From NCBI GenBank assembly GCA_964016885.1, contig OZ024742.1, positions 50,716,001 to 50,780,000 on the forward strand: a DNA stretch of 64,000 bases, in the 5' to 3' direction. The DNA is from Eledone cirrhosa. Its lineage: Eukaryota. A program made the position numbers and the translations under genes. Shown one piece after another: positions 40,184 through 52,519 of this stretch. Positions within the stretch are counted from its first letter, which is position 1. Each line of letters begins with the position of its first letter. The notes under the pieces were generated by a model. The model was given only the letters and a program-made list of their open reading frames with translations. It was not told the DNA's origin and searched no databases.

Positions 40184-41000
40184 ATTATATATATATATGT
40201 GTGGGGGGAGGGGGATGTATGGATTATCTAAATGTATTTCTTCCTATACCTGCTCGTCCAGAGTACGTATGAGGAAGAAAGAACCTATTACAGCACGGAT
40301 AATTTATTTATCGAACTGGCAAGTGTGAAAAAGAAATTTGCCTTCTCCGGAATGTGAGTGCAAAGAGCACATAGTCCCAGACCGAATAACACAATGCATC
40401 TGTCTGACTTTCTAACTATCACAACTTGCCCTTGACCTAATCTCTATCCAAATTGGATATCTAACTGGATTTGAAATTTAGTCCCAGCTTCACGCTAAAT
40501 AATAATTAATTTTTGCAACTAACAAAATGATGAGAAACATAGAATACACTAGCAGATATGCTAGGAGATGAAACCGTATATATCATCTGTATGATACGAG
40601 AGATTGAGAATAACAAATTACTTAAATACGTTTCTGAATCAGAAATTATATGTACAGAGACACTCCTCACAACTTCTAATTAAAAACAACCTGCGACAGT
40701 TGATCAATAAAAAAATGTTCGACTATTTCTTAGAAGACAATCTGTGTGAGTGTTTGCGTGTGTAAATATGTATTTACAATGTTATCTACAACGTTGAATA
40801 AATTGTTATACAAAGTAATAACCAGCTCTGAATCATTTAATGAGATTTTGTCTGCCATCATTCAGTAAAGTTTAAACATATTCCTAATTATAATTCATTA
40901 CAAAATCTTTTCATGTCTCATGAAAACATGTTTAACTATGATCACTATGCCTGTCTATATATCTTTTCGATGTATATATTTGAATCTTCCAATTTATACA

Positions 41001-41070
<70 letters not shown>

Positions 41071-41096
41071 TTTTCCTTTATATATATATATATATA

Positions 41097-41291
41097 CACC
41101 GTTTCCTTTCGCTATATGTCTCTCCATCGCTCCCCTACACACCCTTTGAACTCTGTTCCCACACACTTCTCACCTGAGGAAGGACTTTTGCCCGAAACGT
41201 CGTTCCCCACCACCACCCCACTCTCCAGAGCGTGAAATTAATAAACATTCGTTGTACTGCCTCTCTCTTTTGTTCCTGTTCAAATGTTTCC

Positions 41292-41293
<2 letters not shown>
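41097..41293 (+). mobile_element. Solo PLE pseudo-LTR-like fragment between (TA)n tracts
   Basis: Pyrimidine-rich, contains HHR motif and downstream aataaa. Confidence 0.6.
41172..41203 (+). ncRNA. Minimal hammerhead motif, decayed
   Basis: ac-CUGAGGA-a-ggac(uuuu)gccc-GAAA-cg-UC-gu; one stem II mismatch, only 2-bp stem I. Confidence 0.55.
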
Positions 41294-41349
<56 letters not shown>

Positions 41350-41354
<5 letters not shown>

Positions 41355-41597
41355 AACAACGAACCGCGGAGGAAACGTTTCGCACCTTTCCGACAGACAA
41401 CCTTTCCCCCACCCCGGAAAAAAACCCCAGTTGATGGATGTGAATCCGAAATATATAGGGACAATTAAATCTCTCCCAAGGTAACTCTCTCTCGTGTTGT
41501 TATTTTTATTTTTATCCTTTACGCTCTTTCCTTCATTCCTCTACACGTCATATACACGCCACGCATCTCAACGTACACCCACTTACATCTCTCGCCC
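41350..41597 (+). mobile_element. Solo copy of the 3' region (30338-30590) of the 27863-30662 PLE
   Basis: Direct alignment by eye; starts at (TA)n. Confidence 0.88.
41425..41460 (+). ncRNA. Second copy of the CAGUUGA-core hammerhead-like motif
   Basis: Identical to 30414-30449. Confidence 0.6.
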
Positions 41598-43264
41598 TCA
41601 CCCCTTGGTGGTTTTCTATGTGGATATACATTAAGGATTTATGTATGGAAACTTCAAAGGATACAAATGTATCAGATATGTTTTCACAGAATTTCTTAAA
41701 ATTATTTCATGTTTTCAAATGTTTCAATATTTTATGTAAATCGTTTGATATCCGGCTATGAGGAAAAAGTAACTAAACTGAAGCTTAGCACAAAACCACA
41801 AGGCATAGTTTCATATGTATCAGTTTAATCATTTTTCTGCATTTTCTGAAGGACTTTTATGCAAAATACCAATTGCGAAATAAATTGAAACTAAATTAAA
41901 AAGAGATATTTGTTCATCAGTAGTGGTTTGAAGGAATGTCGAAAACATAGAGTTGTTATTAAACTTCTATGGTATATATGTTTTCTCGTTTCAGTTGTGT
42001 AGAATAACAATAATGTAATGACAAGAAAAATATCAACTATAGACGATTTTATTGTTGTAAATAATGACGTCTTAATTGGACACAAGGTCGACTATTGTCA
42101 TATTTATTCAGGTTCATTTTATATTTGCGCATTGTGTAGTTGATTAAATCGATACACATCCTTGCCTCGTAATTTATATTATGAAGCGAAATTAAGAAAA
42201 CAAAATATATCCTTAAACTAAGCATGGAGAAGGACACGGAACAAACAAGGAAGCTAGATGCCAACCGAGCAATTCAGCAAATGAGACTATAAACGAGAGT
42301 AATAAAAATGAATATATTCATGTCAACATTATTAGCAATATTTTCTGTGATGATGGGGACAATGATAAAAGTGGTTATGTTACGCAATCACTACGTAATA
42401 GTATAACATAAGTTGTAGCTATATTCTACAGAACCAGCACAAAATTGTATATTACAAACCAAATAACATATATTCTACACAATCACCACTCGTTACTCTA
42501 TCGCTATACATCTACAAATCATACATTCAAAAGTACAATTCCCGAACTACAAGTCTTGCAACTCACATCTATATAGTTCTAATCCAGCTATTCCATTACG
42601 CAACATAAGCTACATAGTTCCCTTCCGACATTGAAACACATACCACCAATACTACGGAACATAAACGGTATACGAACAACGAAAGAAAACATCATCCCTC
42701 ACATTTCACATCGACAAAACATTAAACTATCACCGGACACAATTAAACAAATCAGATAACAAAATGAAGCTGTTGCAGTATCAACAGCTCCCTAAATATC
42801 CAAAACACATATACTGCTCAAATCCCAGGAAATCGAAGATACGGCTGGTGCTATAGATGACTTCAATATATTTTGAAATCAGGATTACAATAGATACAGA
42901 ACACGCAACAATATAAGGTGAACGGAATATTGATTATATCGGTAGATACTTTATTTTATCTACCACCAAATGATGAAATGCAAAGTTGGGGGAATTGGAA
43001 CGCAAATATATAGACCCGGACCAAACACTGCATGGCATAATATCGGTCGATCGAATGGCTTAAAACGATAAATAATGGCATCACTGATGTAGAAGTCGAC
43101 TGTAAATGCAAGAATGTCATTCAGTGTAACTAATTCTAGTTACGAGCAATGCCATAGGTCAACAATCAAAGTGAAAGACAAAATCCCTAACGAATAGTTG
43201 ACATGCGAGAATTTACGTAAAAGGGATGACCAAGTAATTGATGATATATGCAAATATGGCTTCA

Positions 43265-43527
<263 letters not shown>

Positions 43528-44254
43528 ACGCAGCAATTGATATATCTCAGTTGACAACACATAATCCTTCCGTGAAGACTAAGTAGAATATGTCACTATA
43601 ATACTGCTACCGTTTAACTTATGTATATTGTTTCAATGGCATAATATTACCTGAACTATTTGTTTCATTAATATGGTTTCTTTTACTCCATTATTTAAGG
43701 TGTAATTTCGTTTGTTGAAAGGATTCCAATGTTTACAATCGTATTAATTTTATAATCAGAACACTTCTGGAAACTATATAGGCTAAACACAATCAGTTCA
43801 TGGTTTAGTAAGTATAAAGAAAATAATGAAACATGTAGAGATCTCTTGAAAATACCACAAAATATAATTTAGAAACCTGACGAATGCAAATTCATGAACT
43901 GGAAAAGACCTAGCATTGTTAACAAATTTTGATAGTTATTGTTTCACATACGACAAAGTTACTTTAGACAGAAATCGCAACGCTGTTCTGAACAATCTGA
44001 TAAAAGTACCCTGACGACTTTAACTCTAAGGCAGAAATAACCCCCTGGTAATGAGCAGTAGATTGCCGATTTAAGTAACAGTTCATTTATCGACCCTGTG
44101 GTAATTTACATATAGCCTTTCACTATATTAACAAATATGAATTCTTATACAATATGCAATAAAGCAATTTCATTTATGTGAAAGAGATGTGGGGCTATGT
44201 CAAGTTCTCTGTTATCCGAATAATTAATTGGATATTGCTGTGTGTCTATGTTTG

Positions 44255-44272
44255 TATGTGTTTGTGTGTGTA

Positions 44273-44334
<62 letters not shown>

Positions 44335-44335
44335 C

Positions 44336-44395
<60 letters not shown>
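44255..44395. repeat. (GT)n microsatellite
   Basis: Direct reading. Confidence 0.97.
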
Positions 44396-45520
44396 ACGCC
44401 CATGTGTCATATATTTGTCAAACAGGCTTCAAATGTCGCGCTCTTAACTATTTAGAGCATTCCTAGCATAGTCTATTTATTCATATGTTCTCCCTTTTCC
44501 ATCCTCAAATTATATATCCCGACGTCGATCTATATGTTTGTATTTAGCTACCATCTACAAAATCTGTTTTGGTGCTAGCGTCCATATTATCTACACCATA
44601 TGTGGAATAAGGTTTATTATGAACATTGACTAGTCGCCTGGTAAAAATTACAGGTAAAATTTACCAGACAAATCCTAAATATTTCCCCATTCTCGTATGG
44701 TTATATGTTGTATGCTATTCTGAATAAGAATATGAAAGCTACAGTGTGAGATATTACAGAGGTTTGACAAATGTCAACCGGCTTACTTAAATAATTATAA
44801 TTATAGATTATTGGCACTCAGTTCACAGATATAACAATTGCTTTGTCTGGGAAGACGCCAAAATAGTTTTATTAAACCAATAGAGTAAAATGAACGAAAG
44901 TTTCTTAAAATGACACAAGCCCCAGGTTTACTTTAGTGTATTATAATCGATTTCCATGTCAAGTACCTGTTTCATCCTTCCGGGTTAAAGGAAAGGAAGG
45001 ATTTAAAGTGTGATCGTAAAATAGCATAAATAATACGATATAGGATTTTCTCCAACGTTCAAGAAATTGTCAGATTCAACGCCTCAGATAACCTAATAAT
45101 ATAATTGTCAGTGATAAAATGAATAATAAAGCCATCGACGTTCTTCAATTCTAGATCAAGTTTACGATACATATCATTTATTTATGTGAAATCTAATCTA
45201 AATAACAAAACAGGAAGTTAAGAAACTATTCCCTGATTACTGACACTTTTGAGCAACTAATATTACAGAAGGCGTTGTAATGTATAATTAATTTAAAAAC
45301 GACAATCACTAGATTTATAGGTTGTCTGTGACACAATCTGTATACTTGGAGATTCGCCCATTCTAACGATTTCTTTCTCATAACATTTACCCTATATCGT
45401 TGTAAAATTCGTTAGTATGATAAATAATAGCCAGTACGCTACGATTCATGTTGTCATAAACTACGTATAGTATTTTTGAATAAACTCACACACATGCACA
45501 TACACGTGTACACACTCGGA

Positions 45521-45583
<63 letters not shown>

Positions 45584-46024
45584 CACAGACACACACATAT
45601 ATTTATATAAATACACACACACCCAAACACATATATATATATATATATATCATAAATTATATCCATAGAATCATTTGATAAAATATATACACTATTTCCT
45701 CTCCCAATTAGCATATAATTAACCACATAAAAAATCAATTAGACCAGGCTATAAGAATAAAGGCTCCTATGAAGAAATATTTGATAAATAAACAAAGCGG
45801 CCTCTTCGCGGATGACCCCAATAGAATATTTACCCAACATTTCAACAGCGTGCAGAAATTGACTAAATATACCGTCAACCATCTAAATTAGGTATAAATT
45901 TAAAGTTAGAAGAAATGCGTACATGCTTACCGTGATTACGTCCCTACCATGGTTTCGTTCGTATTTTGAGATATCCTATTAAAGATAAATCTCGACCACT
46001 GCCACGATTCTTAGCTATTTGTTG

Positions 46025-46213
<189 letters not shown>

Positions 46214-46441
46214 ATGAATAAAGATTCCAAGAATCGCATTTTCGGCTGGCAGGAAAAGCGAAGCGAAACGCAAAAATCAGAAATGATACTGGCAAAGTGC
46301 TCAATAGTTAAAAAACCAGAGTTAAACAATGTGTTAAGAAACCATACAAAACTGAAAAGGTGGTCAAGAAAGCATTAACCACCCAAGCCAAAAACCAAAT
46401 CCTGCTAAACAGGTCAAAACAAAACAAATGATAAAAAATAA

Positions 46442-46471
<30 letters not shown>

Positions 46472-46472
<1 letters not shown>

Positions 46473-48012
46473 TTCTCTTTCTGCTCCCCCGTTCTCTCTG
46501 TTTCTCTCACCTTCTTTCGCCCCCTCTGTCAGTTACACTTTCTCTCTACTGACCTCTTCCTCGCACTTCCACTCACTCACTCTCTTTTTCTCCTCTTCTC
46601 ACATCCTCCCGTTCGTTAGTAGTGGTATTCTTTCTTTCTCACATCTCATTCACGAGGGACGGTCTGTTTTTTGACCGCTCATGAAATTCACCCAGATTTT
46701 GCTGACCGGATAACCATCATGTTGCTTGCTGTTTTTCCTACCTTCGGTTTGCTTTTCCTTCTATGTTGTTTACTTGTCTCACTCGCTTTACGCGATTCAC
46801 TGGTCCCAATAGCTTATTTTAGTTATTGCTCGCACCAACCTTAGGTATATGATTTTTAATGCGATGAAATAGCAATGAATGTTGGCAAATCACTGATGTG
46901 GGACTAATTTTATAATATGTAACCCATGTGCAACCACGCAGTTTTCCTCTTTCTTCCCATGTTTTTTTATACATATATACCTCGACTGCGATTGTCTGTT
47001 TCTCTCTTTCTGCTCCCCCGTTCTCTCTGTTTCTCTTACCTTCTTTCGCCCCCTCTGTCAGTTACACTTTCTCTCGACTGACCTCTTCCTCGCACGTCCA
47101 CTCACTCACTCTCTGTTTCTCCTCTTCTCACCTCCTCCCGTTCGTTAGTAGTGGGATTCTTTCTTTCTCACATCTCATTCACGTCGGACGGTCTGTTTTC
47201 TGACGCTCATGAAATTCACCCAGCTTATGCTGACCGGATAACCATCATGTTGCTTGCTTTTTTTCCCTACCTTCGGTTTGCTTTTCCTTCTATGTTGTTT
47301 ACTTGTCTCACTCGCTTTACGCGATTCACTTGTCCCAATAGCTTATTTTAGTTATTGCTCGCACCAACGTAAGGTATATGATTTTTAATGCGATGAAATA
47401 CCAATGATGGTTGGCAAATCACTGATGAGGGACTAATTTTATATGTAACCCATGTGCAACCACACAGTTTTCCTCTTTATTCCCATGTTTTGTATACATA
47501 TTTACCTCGACTGCGATTGTCTGTTTCTCTCTTTCTGCTCACCCGTTCTCTCTGTTTCTCTCACCTTCTTTCGCCCCCTCTGTCAGTTACACTTTCTCTC
47601 GACTGACCTCTTCCTCGCACTTCCACTCACTCACTCTCTGTTTCTCCTCTTCTCACCTCCTCCCGTTCGTTAGTAGTGAGATTCTTTCTTTCTCACATCT
47701 CATTCATGTCAGACGGTCTGTTTTCTAACCGCTCATGAAATTCACCCAGTTTATGCTGACCGGATAACCATCATGTTGCTTGATTTTGTTCCTACCTTCG
47801 GTTTGCTTTTCCTTCTATGTTGTTTACTTGTCTCACTCGCTTTACGCGATTCACTTGTCCCAATAGCTTATTTTAGTTATTGCTCGCACCAACCTAAGGT
47901 ATATGATTTTTAATGCGATGAAATACCAATGATGGTTGGCAAATCACTGATGAGGGACTAATTTTATAATATGTAACCCATGTGCATACACGCATTTTTC
48001 CTCTTTCTCCCC

Positions 48013-48017
<5 letters not shown>
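46472..48017. repeat. About 527-bp tandem repeat, 2.9 copies, bounded by (TA)n
   Basis: ctgctc anchor at 46481, 47010, 47535 (periods 529 and 525); high identity. Confidence 0.95.
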
Positions 48018-48093
<76 letters not shown>

Positions 48094-48096
48094 AGA

Positions 48097-48152
<56 letters not shown>

Positions 48153-48385
48153 GGGGGAGAGAGGGAAATAGAAAATCAGAGGGGGTGAGAAATAGATATA
48201 TATATGTATGAACATTTTTGTAAACAAATGAGGATAAATGTCCTCAATAGAGGGTGACGTTATATTTTAAATATTTATCAGAGAAACTGAAGCATCAAAC
48301 GATTGATATATAGGAGCGGCTAAACAACATATCAACACAAGAAATTCATCAGCATTTCTAAATAACATTAATTATCGACGCTGTA

Positions 48386-48469
<84 letters not shown>

Positions 48470-48470
<1 letters not shown>

Positions 48471-48642
48471 CACGGACGCTCTATCTCAAAATTATTTTTG
48501 AAAAGCATTAGAAATGCGCAACCGGTAAAACTTAAAACCAAAACTGAATACTAACCAATACTATTACTAATTTTCACTTATTCCTAATTAAACTATTTTT
48601 CACTGTGAACAATTTGTCAGCATTTTATTTTCCGTTTACCAA
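48470..48642 (+). repeat. Repeat module A (inverted copy of 57668-57835)
   Basis: cacggacgctctatctcaaaattatttttgaaaagcattagaaatgcgcaaccgg..gtttacca is the near reverse complement of 57668-57835. Confidence 0.88.
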
Positions 48643-48660
48643 TATATATATATATATATA

Positions 48661-48956
48661 TATAAGGAAAAAAGATGAAATGGAAAATTCAACTGGAGTC
48701 TTATTTTTTTTTAAATATATATATTTATTTGGTTCCTTTACCGGTTTCGCAGTTCTTCTGCTTTTCAAAAGTAGAGTTGACATTGAGGGCCTGTGGGTTT
48801 TCTCACATCTATGAGAAAAATCTCAGACCCGCCATCTCAAACTCTACTTTTGAAAAGCAGAAGAATTGCGAAATCGGTAAAGGAAGCAAATAAATATATA
48901 TATATTTTTTAAATAAGACTCCAGTTGCATTTTCGATTTCATCTCTATTCCTTATA
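48661..48956. mobile_element. About 295-bp fold-back MITE-like element
   Basis: caactggagtcttattt / aaataagactccagttg and ttcttctgcttttcaaaagtagagtt / aactctacttttgaaaagcagaagaa; ends tataaggaa / ttccttata. Confidence 0.88.
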
Positions 48957-49011
48957 CTTTCACTCGTGTACGACACCTCGGTTATTTTTCATTTTGTAAA
49001 AAAAAACTCAC

Positions 49012-49073
<62 letters not shown>

Positions 49074-49158
49074 TAATAATAATAAATTTGAAGACTAAAA
49101 TCCAAAGAGGGCTCGATAAGGATAAATATATATCAGATATAGAAGAACCGTAGAGCAA

Positions 49159-49778
49159 ATATTTATTAAAATGACAGATTAAATTTTAAGCAAAGAATCT
49201 AATATTCTATTAGGCGGTTCATGGAGACGTTCTCTGGCAACGAACGAAAACAAACGAAGATAATACGTCATTATGTGGAGCGGGGAGAACAATTATTTTA
49301 TTTACTTTATTCTTAACTCTGAAGCCGAGAATCTTTCGGTTTCCTAAATAGAATTTTAGTCTACGACTTCTGTTATACCATTTACGTGGTTTTGTCTTTG
49401 CGTGTATTTGTTCTCACTGCTCCACATAATGACGTATTATCTTCGTTTTTTCCGTTCATTGCTAGAGAACGTCTCCATGAACAACCTAATAGAATATTAG
49501 TCTACGACTTCATTTATACCATAAACGTGGTTTTGTTTTTGCGTTTAATTGTTTTCACTGCTCCAAATAATGACGTATTATCTTCGTTTTTTCCGTTCTT
49601 TGCCAGGGAACTTTTCCACGAACGAAAGTATCGTCTTACTCTCTTCCTTCAGTTGCAAAGTTTTTTTAAATATTTAATTCTGCGTTCACATATTGACTTT
49701 TTTAGTTTCAGAAGATCCCGTTAAGGGTGAAAGCAGCGATTCTTTGCTTAAACTTTCATCTGTTATTTTACTAAATAT
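49159..49778. repeat. Repeat module B: inverted copy of 57840-58312 preceded by an opposite-orientation partial copy; internal about 140-bp direct repeat
   Basis: 49300-49778 is the reverse complement of 57840-58312; 49159-49292 is a deleted copy in the other orientation; older copy at about 62230-62340. Confidence 0.85.
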
Positions 49779-50065
49779 ATATATAGGAGCCAATATGACA
49801 ACAGACTACCACTTTCGCCTCTGAGGCAAAAACAAAAACATATTTTTCTTCTCTGCTTTTTTTCTTTACTTTTCCCCTATAAACCTCTTGGAATATGTTT
49901 ACTACCATTCCTTGAGTAATATGTCACCAGGTTCATACGTAACCTAGCCAATGAAATGTGCATTATGTTTGCAGGAACATATAAATAATGAAGAGAATCC
50001 AACGTATCCGTATTCCTGTCATGTTAATTTATAAATTTATATATATATATACACGTAATAATACT

Positions 50066-50247
50066 TGTTTCTACTTTTTGGCACAAGGCCAGCAATCAGC
50101 CAGTGCATTACTGGTACTTTATTTTATCGACCCCGTAAGGATGAAAGGCAAAGTTAACCTTGGCGGGATTTGAACTCAGAATGGCAAGGACCGTAACTCT
50201 ATGCGTCAAAGCATGACATCCGTCCCTCTACCGATACTGCCAACCCA
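50066..50247 (-). mobile_element. tRNA-derived SINE copy
   Basis: Family match. Confidence 0.9.
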
Positions 50248-51272
50248 TTGACGTAGTAATAATAAATGTGAAGACTAAATTATATATTTATAATTTTTCT
50301 TTTACAAAACTATGATGTAAATTCTGGAATCTCAGGAAATCATGCTGCGTTCTTCTTCACCGGTACGATTTATTAATAGAATTATTTAACAGGTCAGCTG
50401 GATGCGTTGAAACACATATGCTTTAAAGATTACGAATTGGTTTTCGCAGTAGATGTGTCTTGAAGGATAGACTTGTTTTCTTGGGCTCTGCTAGATTCAT
50501 CAGCAACACACACACAAAGAAAAAAATAACCCCCGAAATAGAGATATGTACATCTATATTTTCATATCTAAATATCGTTATTATTATTTACTGATGTCCC
50601 TCTGTGTTTAACGTGAAATACAAGTTCGTTAATATATGTACATGTATATATACATATATGTATGTGTGTGCACTTTCCTGTGATTGAAAAAAAAAAATGT
50701 TTGGAACTACAAATTCAACACACAACGAGGTAAACATTTTCAACTTTCCCACATCCACTCTGTCTGAATGTTCTCTTAACGTAATATCTGCTCCAAGCTC
50801 TATTTAAGATTTGTTTGCCATACATTGATGATCTTATGCTTGAATTACCCATTACACAAATACTTATGTGTTCCAAACATTCACGGCATTAATTCACTGC
50901 CTAATACAAGATTCCTGGAATCAGAATGTGCTGCTATGGTGGAATACACCCTAGAATGGAAACATAACCACAAAGAATAAATGCTATTAACCATTGATAG
51001 GAACCTCACAAATATTACGTACCAAAATATACGCGAAGAGCGAGAGAAAGAAATAAAATAAGAGGAAGGGGGACAAAAAAAACGACCATCAATTCACTGC
51101 CAAATAATTTTTTTTGAATCGGATTAGAAAGAGAGAAGAAATAAAAATTAAAAACATACCAACACGTGTTGCTCCCCACACGGATATACACACATATATA
51201 TGTGTATTTGACATACCAACACACATTTGTACGTGGGCATACATGTATGAGTATATATGTATATGTATATAT

Positions 51273-51378
51273 GTATGCTTACTCCAAGGAATGGCATACT
51301 ATTAGCATACCACATACATATATACTCATACATGTATGTGGTATGCTAATAGTATGCCATTCCTTGGAGCAAGCATAC
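51273..51378. repeat. Near-perfect palindrome (47-bp arms, 12-nt loop, 1 mismatch)
   Basis: gtatgcttactccaaggaatggcatactattagcataccacatacat and its reverse complement. Confidence 0.95.
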
Positions 51379-51627
51379 CCATTTACAGGCATTTTCATCC
51401 CATTGAATGAGAGCCGTACAACGCTGTTATACTAGTCGCAAACTATTAAACATTGTAGTTCGTAGGCTCTATCCATATCTACATTGATGATTTTACGCTT
51501 GGATTATCTGATTACCCAATAGTCAAACATTCGCGGCATTAACTCATAGTTTAATCCATGATGCTGGGAAGCAGTATGTGCTGTTATGATGGAATACCTC
51601 CTAGAATGGAAATATAACCTCAAATAA

Positions 51628-51809
51628 TTGTTTCTACTTTTGGCACAAGGCCATCAAATACCCAGTACATTACTGGTACTTTATTTTATCGACCCCGTAA
51701 GGATGAAAGGCAAAGTTAACCTCGGTGGGATTTGAACTCAGACCGCAAAGGGACGTAACTATGCCGTAAAGCATGGCGTCCGACCCTCTAACGATACTGC
51801 CAATCCACC
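51628..51809 (-). mobile_element. tRNA-derived SINE with caaataat TSD
   Basis: Family match; absent from the paralogous duplicate upstream. Confidence 0.92.
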
Positions 51810-52519
51810 AAATAATATCTCCTAGGAACCTCACAAATTTAACGCACCGAAACATACGAGAGAGCGAGAGAAATAAATAAAAACAAATGGAAACATAAAA
51901 CAAAACAAAACAAAACCGACCACCAATTCACTGCCAAAATGTTTGAATCGGATTAGACAGAGAGAAAGAAAAGACAAAAAAAAAAATAAAGAATATATTT
52001 ATTTGCCGTTGTGCTGCCAAATGATGCCGAAAGACACTGACCCGCATCTCCGGTCAATAAGGCGACAGCAACAGTATACTAACATCGACCCCGCATCTTC
52101 ATTAAAATAAGACACTCGAGCCTTAGCATAATACCTGGCAGCCCGACCTGGTAGCGGTTTCATCACCACCACCATTAACAAGAGGAAGGCAAATACAACA
52201 ACTGTGGCATTAACATCAGCAACACACATGTGTATACATCAACATCTCACCTGCAATCTTCACTATTAACAAGTGGAAGGCAACGAGGATGACAGTAACT
52301 CATCTCCAGGCACAAGGCCCTATGACAAACTGCTAAGTTCGCATGTGTGCGTGCTGAACTCTGGGTCTTTCCGCTGGGAACAACCCCTTGCCCCCACCCT
52401 TTTTTTGGTACATTCATCCATTCACTCATTCATTACTAACATTCTACCTTCCTGTGTGTCCCCCTCCTTGCAGCCCCTTCATTTCTCTCTTGTTTTCTGA
52501 CACCTCTATATATATAGGT

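Larger units (their letters stand above)
50821..51970. repeat. Old local direct duplication (50821-51140 vs 51480-51970), second copy interrupted by a SINE
   Basis: Shared blocks tacattgatga, caaacattcRcggcattaa, ctagaatggaaa, taggaacctcacaaat, caattcactgccaaa, tttgaatcggattaga. Confidence 0.85.

Noticed and set aside
42420-42760. A/C-rich tract resembling the decayed 3' end of a Jockey/I-type LINE
   Set aside because: Too degenerate to support with a clear motif
47390-47430. SECIS-like AUGA..AAA..UGAU in the same repeat
   Set aside because: No helix between the putative quartet halves; no in-frame UGA ORF nearby
47365-47460. Hammerhead in the 527-bp repeat (CUGAUGA, GAAAUACC/GGUAUA, UGAUUU/AAAUCA)
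   Set aside because: Strand order is reversed relative to any HHR topology and stem II does not pair; one unit has CUGAUGU
52000-52200. Possible HDV-like ribozyme upstream of the CRE-like element
   Set aside because: Some hairpins, but I could not build the nested double pseudoknot
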